Source: an uncultured Gammaproteobacteria bacterium (GTDB lineage: Bacteria; Patescibacteriota; Microgenomatia; Levybacterales; UBA12049). Taken from it: a stretch of DNA of 54,377 nucleotides. The translations under genes and the position numbers were made by a program. This document shows positions 50,788-54,377 of the stretch, piece after piece. The stretch's first letter is position 1. The number at the start of each line of letters is the position of its first letter. Where the stretch lies: NCBI GenBank assembly GCA_964408485.1, contig CAYOZJ010000004.1, forward strand, positions 74,685 to 129,061. Direction: 5' to 3'. The notes beneath the pieces were generated by a model that ran no database searches, was not told the DNA's origin, and worked only from the letters and a program-made list of their open reading frames with translations.

Positions 50788-52698
50788 TTACTTCAGTGTT
50801 GCAATTGACTGTATAACTTCAGTAAAAATTGCTGTTCCATATTTCTGAAGCGCTTCGTTGGTTTTTGTATCTACGATTACAGGGTAAACGGTTAGTTGAT
50901 AGTCTGCAGATCTGAGAAGAAGCGGGGCATATATGTCTCCACACCATAGACTATTCGAAAAACATGTTTGCATGTTGACTGTTTTATCCGCAATGCTTAC
51001 ATGCTGTATTGCTTCATCCCCATTAAATGGAACAATGTCTTTGGGATCTAAAATTTTTTGTATTTTTATAACAACCGTTTTGTCGGTAAGTTCAACACCT
51101 CTTTGTATATCCTTCCTTATCCAATGTCTGGGATATAAAAGAAGAAAATCGGTCGTTTCATAAAGGTTTTTATAATTGATATTTACATAGTCATTGACTA
51201 CTTGTTGATAAATAAAATCAAAAACATTATGCACTCGTGACTTTTCTTTTAATGCAACAACTGATTGCCACGACGGATTTGAGCTTTGCGTATAGTAGGC
51301 AAAAATTTCAGTTTGAAGTAGTGGATTGGTAGGTGTTTGAATAAATTGCTTTTCCCTTTGCGCTTCGTTTTTCTTCAATTCAGCATACGGGAAAATCATT
51401 TTCCCCATTGGCATATATCCATGAAAATATTGAGGTGAAGCAAAATATATAAGCTCTAGCTCGGAATAGTTGGGGTAATTCTTAAACATACTTAGTTTTT
51501 CCTGCACTGATTTTTCACTATTGCTGTATCCAGAGCCATATTCACCACCCAAGCCCCCTTTAAGGCCAAGGAAAAGCAAGAATCCTGTGTCAAACCCAAC
51601 AAGGCTTACAAGATATATACAGAGTAATCCAATGCCTAAGAATGCAAACAATTTTGAGCGAATTAGGTATGAAAAAAGAAATCCAATAAAAAGAGAAAGG
51701 AGTGGAATGAGAAGAATATAATAGTGCATGAGCGGCTCGATACCTGCAGCAAAGAGAAGAAGAACATAGGCTACAGTAACCAAAACAAAGAAGCGAACAT
51801 GGGTGCTTTTAAGCCAGAAAAAAATAAGCCCAATGGGTACGAGAAGGTAGGAGATATAGGTAAGTTTGCCTACGTTGTAAAAAAATGGAAATTGTACTGC
51901 AAATAATGCGTAGTCATCTCCAAATTCTTTGTAGAAATTGCCAATAGAAAGGAGTTGGAGGGGTCTAAAAAACGAAAGAAACGTATGAAAAGACAGTCTG
52001 TTTACAAGGTTAGTATTTTGGCAGGTAATACATGCATGGGGCAGAACATACCAAAAGTAAGGAATTGCTGGAATAAGTCCAATACCCAAGCCAAGTAGAA
52101 GAAATTTCCACGATGCAAAAGCTCTTTTATATAGCGCAAGCAAAACAAGAAGGGGAATAATTCCCGCGATTTGGTGAATTTGTATAAGAAGCATGCTGCT
52201 TATACCTAGAAGTATCCAATATTTTTGTTTGCCTTCTAGAATTTTGTAGATACTCAAAAAGAATGGAAAGGATAACGGGAGGAGGAAATCCTGTGCCCAA
52301 ATTTTTCGTGAATAGAGAATTGCCCATGGAGAAACGGCGAGAAAGCAGCTTGCGAGAAATCCGGTTAATTTGTCATGATATTTGGAGAAGAGAAGAAAAA
52401 AAGCTCCAACTGTTGCCACATTGAGAAGTGCAATAACAAGAGAAATTGTCGGTGGGTAAAGTGTGAAGATAGCAATAGGAAATAAAAGGTAATTAAGAAG
52501 GGGAAAGTTAAGAATTCCAGCACTTGATGCCTGAGAGGCAGGTGGGAATGGGTGGTGAAAGAGGGGTCTACTTGCTAGAAAAAGATTGAGTGCCTCATCC
52601 CCTTTAAATTCAATATATTGCATGAATGCCACGCGAAATACTCCCGCAATAAGTAGAACAAAAATGAATAAAACCCAGGGTTTTGCCAAAATCTTCAT
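50788..52698 (-). CDS. ArnT/PMT (GT39/83)-like GT-C glycosyltransferase with a soluble C-terminal domain of about 230 aa
   Basis: 636 aa. First-loop motif EFKGDEALNLFLASRP and about 12 TM segments. Its stop lies 2 nt from the convergent upstream stop. Confidence 0.55.
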   Translation of the reverse strand: MKILAKPWVLFIFVLLIAGVFRVAFMQYIEFKGDEALNLFLASRPLFHHPFPPASQASSAGILNFPLLNYLLFPIAIFTLYPPTISLVIALLNVATVGAFFLLFSKYHDKLTGFLASCFLAVSPWAILYSRKIWAQDFLLPLSFPFFLSIYKILEGKQKYWILLGISSMLLIQIHQIAGIIPLLVLLALYKRAFASWKFLLLGLGIGLIPAIPYFWYVLPHACITCQNTNLVNRLSFHTFLSFFRPLQLLSIGNFYKEFGDDYALFAVQFPFFYNVGKLTYISYLLVPIGLIFFWLKSTHVRFFVLVTVAYVLLLFAAGIEPLMHYYILLIPLLSLFIGFLFSYLIRSKLFAFLGIGLLCIYLVSLVGFDTGFLLFLGLKGGLGGEYGSGYSNSEKSVQEKLSMFKNYPNYSELELIYFASPQYFHGYMPMGKMIFPYAELKKNEAQREKQFIQTPTNPLLQTEIFAYYTQSSNPSWQSVVALKEKSRVHNVFDFIYQQVVNDYVNINYKNLYETTDFLLLYPRHWIRKDIQRGVELTDKTVVIKIQKILDPKDIVPFNGDEAIQHVSIADKTVNMQTCFSNSLWCGDIYAPLLLRSADYQLTVYPVIVDTKTNEALQKYGTAIFTEVIQSIATLK

Positions 52699-52766
52699 GA
52701 CAAACGCCTACTAGAAGTATATATGATTTTTTGAAAATACAATACTTGCATATGAGTTTTTTCCGC

Positions 52767-52772
52767 TATAAT
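52767..52772 (+). promoter_or_regulatory. TATAAT -10 box placed 7 nt before GTG 52780 (leaderless layout)
   Basis: Read directly. There is only a weak -35 (TTGCAT at 52746-52751, 15-nt spacer). Confidence 0.4.
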
Positions 52773-52779
52773 AAGAAAG

Positions 52780-54377
52780 GTGAAGGTAAAGCTTTTCCTT
52801 GTCATTATTATTGTCTTAGCAGGACTTCTCCGGTTTTGGCAGCTTGGAGTATTGCCGCCATCTCTGACGTGGGATGAGACTGCTTGGGGATATAATGCAT
52901 ACAGTTTGGGAATAGATGGCAGAGATGAATTTGGAAGATTCCTTCCGTTGGACTACTTGGAGTCATTTGGTGATTATAAGCCACCAGTATATGCATATTT
53001 AGATGTTATTCCGGTAAAGGTGTTTGGACTTAATGAATTCGCAACCCGTTTCCCATCAGCTCTTCTTGGAACACTTTCTGTTTTGATTACTTACTTTTTA
53101 GTTGTTAGGTTATTTTCTCAGTCAAATAAAAAACAATTGTATGGGCTTGTTGCTGCATTGTTTCTTGCTGTCTCGCCGTGGCATATTATGCTTTCTCGTG
53201 CAGCATTTGAAGCAAATATTGCGACATTTTTTATTATGACTGGCGTATGGTTATTTTTATCCTTTTCTCAGACAAAAAAGTCACAATACCTATTCTTGTC
53301 TGTGTTGTCTTTTATTCTTTCTGTTTACACATTCAATAGTGCGAGAGTAGTAGCACCGCTTTTAGTAGTGGTTTTAAGCCTTTTTTCTTGGAAGTTGCTT
53401 TGGGAAAAGAAAAAAACAACGATAATTGCTTTGGTTTTTGGTATTATCCTTCTTCTTCCGGTAATTCATTTCTTTCTTTCCCCGCAGTCAAAGCTTCGCT
53501 ATAACGAAGTAAATATATTTTCCGATGTTTCGCTTGTCAAAGAGTCCAATCAGGAAATTACCAACGATGGAAATGTCTTTTGGTCAAAAGCGCTTCACAA
53601 TAGACGTTTTATCTATGCTGCAGCCTACGTGCAGCATTTCTTGGATAATTTAGGGCCTCAATACTTATTTATTCAAGGAGACGGGAATCCAAAATTTTCT
53701 ACCCAAGATGTTGGCGAGCTTTATTTATTTGATTTGCCCTTTTTACTCATTGGTACACTATTTCTTTTTCGAAAGAGAATAGGGTTTTGGTGGATTGTTC
53801 CATTATGGCTTCTTTTAGCTATTGTTCCAGCAGCTGTTGCTCGTGAGACACCACATGCGCTGCGAACAGAAGGAGCATTGCCAACCTGGCAAATTCTTGG
53901 TGCCGTTGGATTTGTAGAATCTTTTGTATTTTTTAAAAAATACGGCAAATTATTTTTAATTGTATCCGGCATTATTCTGACTGGGAGTGTTGTTTATTTT
54001 CTTCATGGATATTACACGCATTACGCGCGTCAATTTTCAGCAGAGTGGCAATATGGATATAAAGATGCGCTCATTTTTGCAAAGCAACACGAAGGAGAAT
54101 ATGCAAATATTGTTTTTACACAAGAGCTAGGTAGACCCTACATTTATACGCTTTTTTATAATAGGATACGTCCAGAGGTGTTTCGATCAACAGCAACGGT
54201 AACAAGAGATGCATTTGGATTTGTAGATGTAACAAAGGTTGGAAAATACGCATTCCCAACAGAAATACACCAGGTTACAAAGACGCTCTATATTGTTACA
54301 CCACAAGAAGTACCCATGAGTGTTCACATTGTGAAGACATTTCCCTTGCTAAATGGTCAACCGTCCCTGGTGGCATA
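52780..54377 (+). CDS. ArnT/PMT (GT39/83)-like GT-C glycosyltransferase, 3'-truncated by the window end
   Basis: Not in the supplied ORF track because no stop falls inside the window. The frame is open from the stop at 52753-52755 to 54377. My translation from GTG 52780 reads VKVKLFLVIIIVLAGLLRFWQLGVLPPSLTWDETAWGYNAYSL...FATRFPSALLG...VSPWHIMLSRAAFEAN, a typical PMT_2-like N-terminus. The exact start is uncertain. Confidence 0.65.
   Translation, partial: MKVKLFLVIIIVLAGLLRFWQLGVLPPSLTWDETAWGYNAYSLGIDGRDEFGRFLPLDYLESFGDYKPPVYAYLDVIPVKVFGLNEFATRFPSALLGTLSVLITYFLVVRLFSQSNKKQLYGLVAALFLAVSPWHIMLSRAAFEANIATFFIMTGVWLFLSFSQTKKSQYLFLSVLSFILSVYTFNSARVVAPLLVVVLSLFSWKLLWEKKKTTIIALVFGIILLLPVIHFFLSPQSKLRYNEVNIFSDVSLVKESNQEITNDGNVFWSKALHNRRFIYAAAYVQHFLDNLGPQYLFIQGDGNPKFSTQDVGELYLFDLPFLLIGTLFLFRKRIGFWWIVPLWLLLAIVPAAVARETPHALRTEGALPTWQILGAVGFVESFVFFKKYGKLFLIVSGIILTGSVVYFLHGYYTHYARQFSAEWQYGYKDALIFAKQHEGEYANIVFTQELGRPYIYTLFYNRIRPEVFRSTATVTRDAFGFVDVTKVGKYAFPTEIHQVTKTLYIVTPQEVPMSVHIVKTFPLLNGQPSLVA

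Noticed and set aside
1-54377. Alternative genetic code (UGA recoded, as in some CPR lineages).
   Set aside because: TGA terminates many well-delimited genes here, often in ATGA overlaps where the next gene starts (for example 26525-26528, 29184-29187, 43185-43188). Conserved proteins (Lon, RarA, transketolase) have no in-frame TGA. The standard bacterial code fits.

Overview
AT-rich, very gene-dense bacterial window using the standard code: TGA acts as a stop in many ATGA start/stop overlaps. All family calls come from motif recognition by eye; no searches or alignments were run.

The gene content points to a small-genome Patescibacteria/CPR-like bacterium, but that is inference only. It includes a SipW-type signal peptidase with TasA-like and lamin-tail-domain secreted proteins, a split transketolase, a MOFRL glycerate kinase, RarA, Lon, a DUF5652-like mini-protein and a very large number of GT-C-like membrane proteins.

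**1 to 25.7 kb, mixed housekeeping and envelope genes:**
- a sipW/TasA-like/LTD operon
- glycerate kinase, a two-subunit transketolase and an FAD oxidase
- two (alpha/alpha)6 glycosidase-like genes
- rarA
- a soluble MgtE-N/CBS protein translationally coupled to a non-canonical NRAMP permease
- lon preceded by a CIRCE-like operator
- a DipZ-like thiol-disulfide membrane protein
- a GNAT acetyltransferase
- a secreted glycine-rich protein
- tRNA-Glu(CUC), with duplicated copies of its 3' end flanking a mini-island of about 0.6 kb

**25.8 to 54.4 kb, one nearly uninterrupted glycosylation super-locus.** This is the most interesting feature of the window. It holds 7 GT2, 1 GT4, 1 MOP/Wzx-type flippase and 11 large polytopic GT-C-like membrane proteins: 4 YfhO-like paralogs, 2 PTPS-related-type paralogs, 2 DUF2029-like and 3 ArnT/PMT-like. 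Most are translationally coupled.

**Recurring signal.** A promoter -10 box sits 6-8 nt upstream of ATG or GTG start codons, which suggests leaderless mRNAs.

No CRISPR array, rRNA, transposase, integrase or recognisable defence system was seen.
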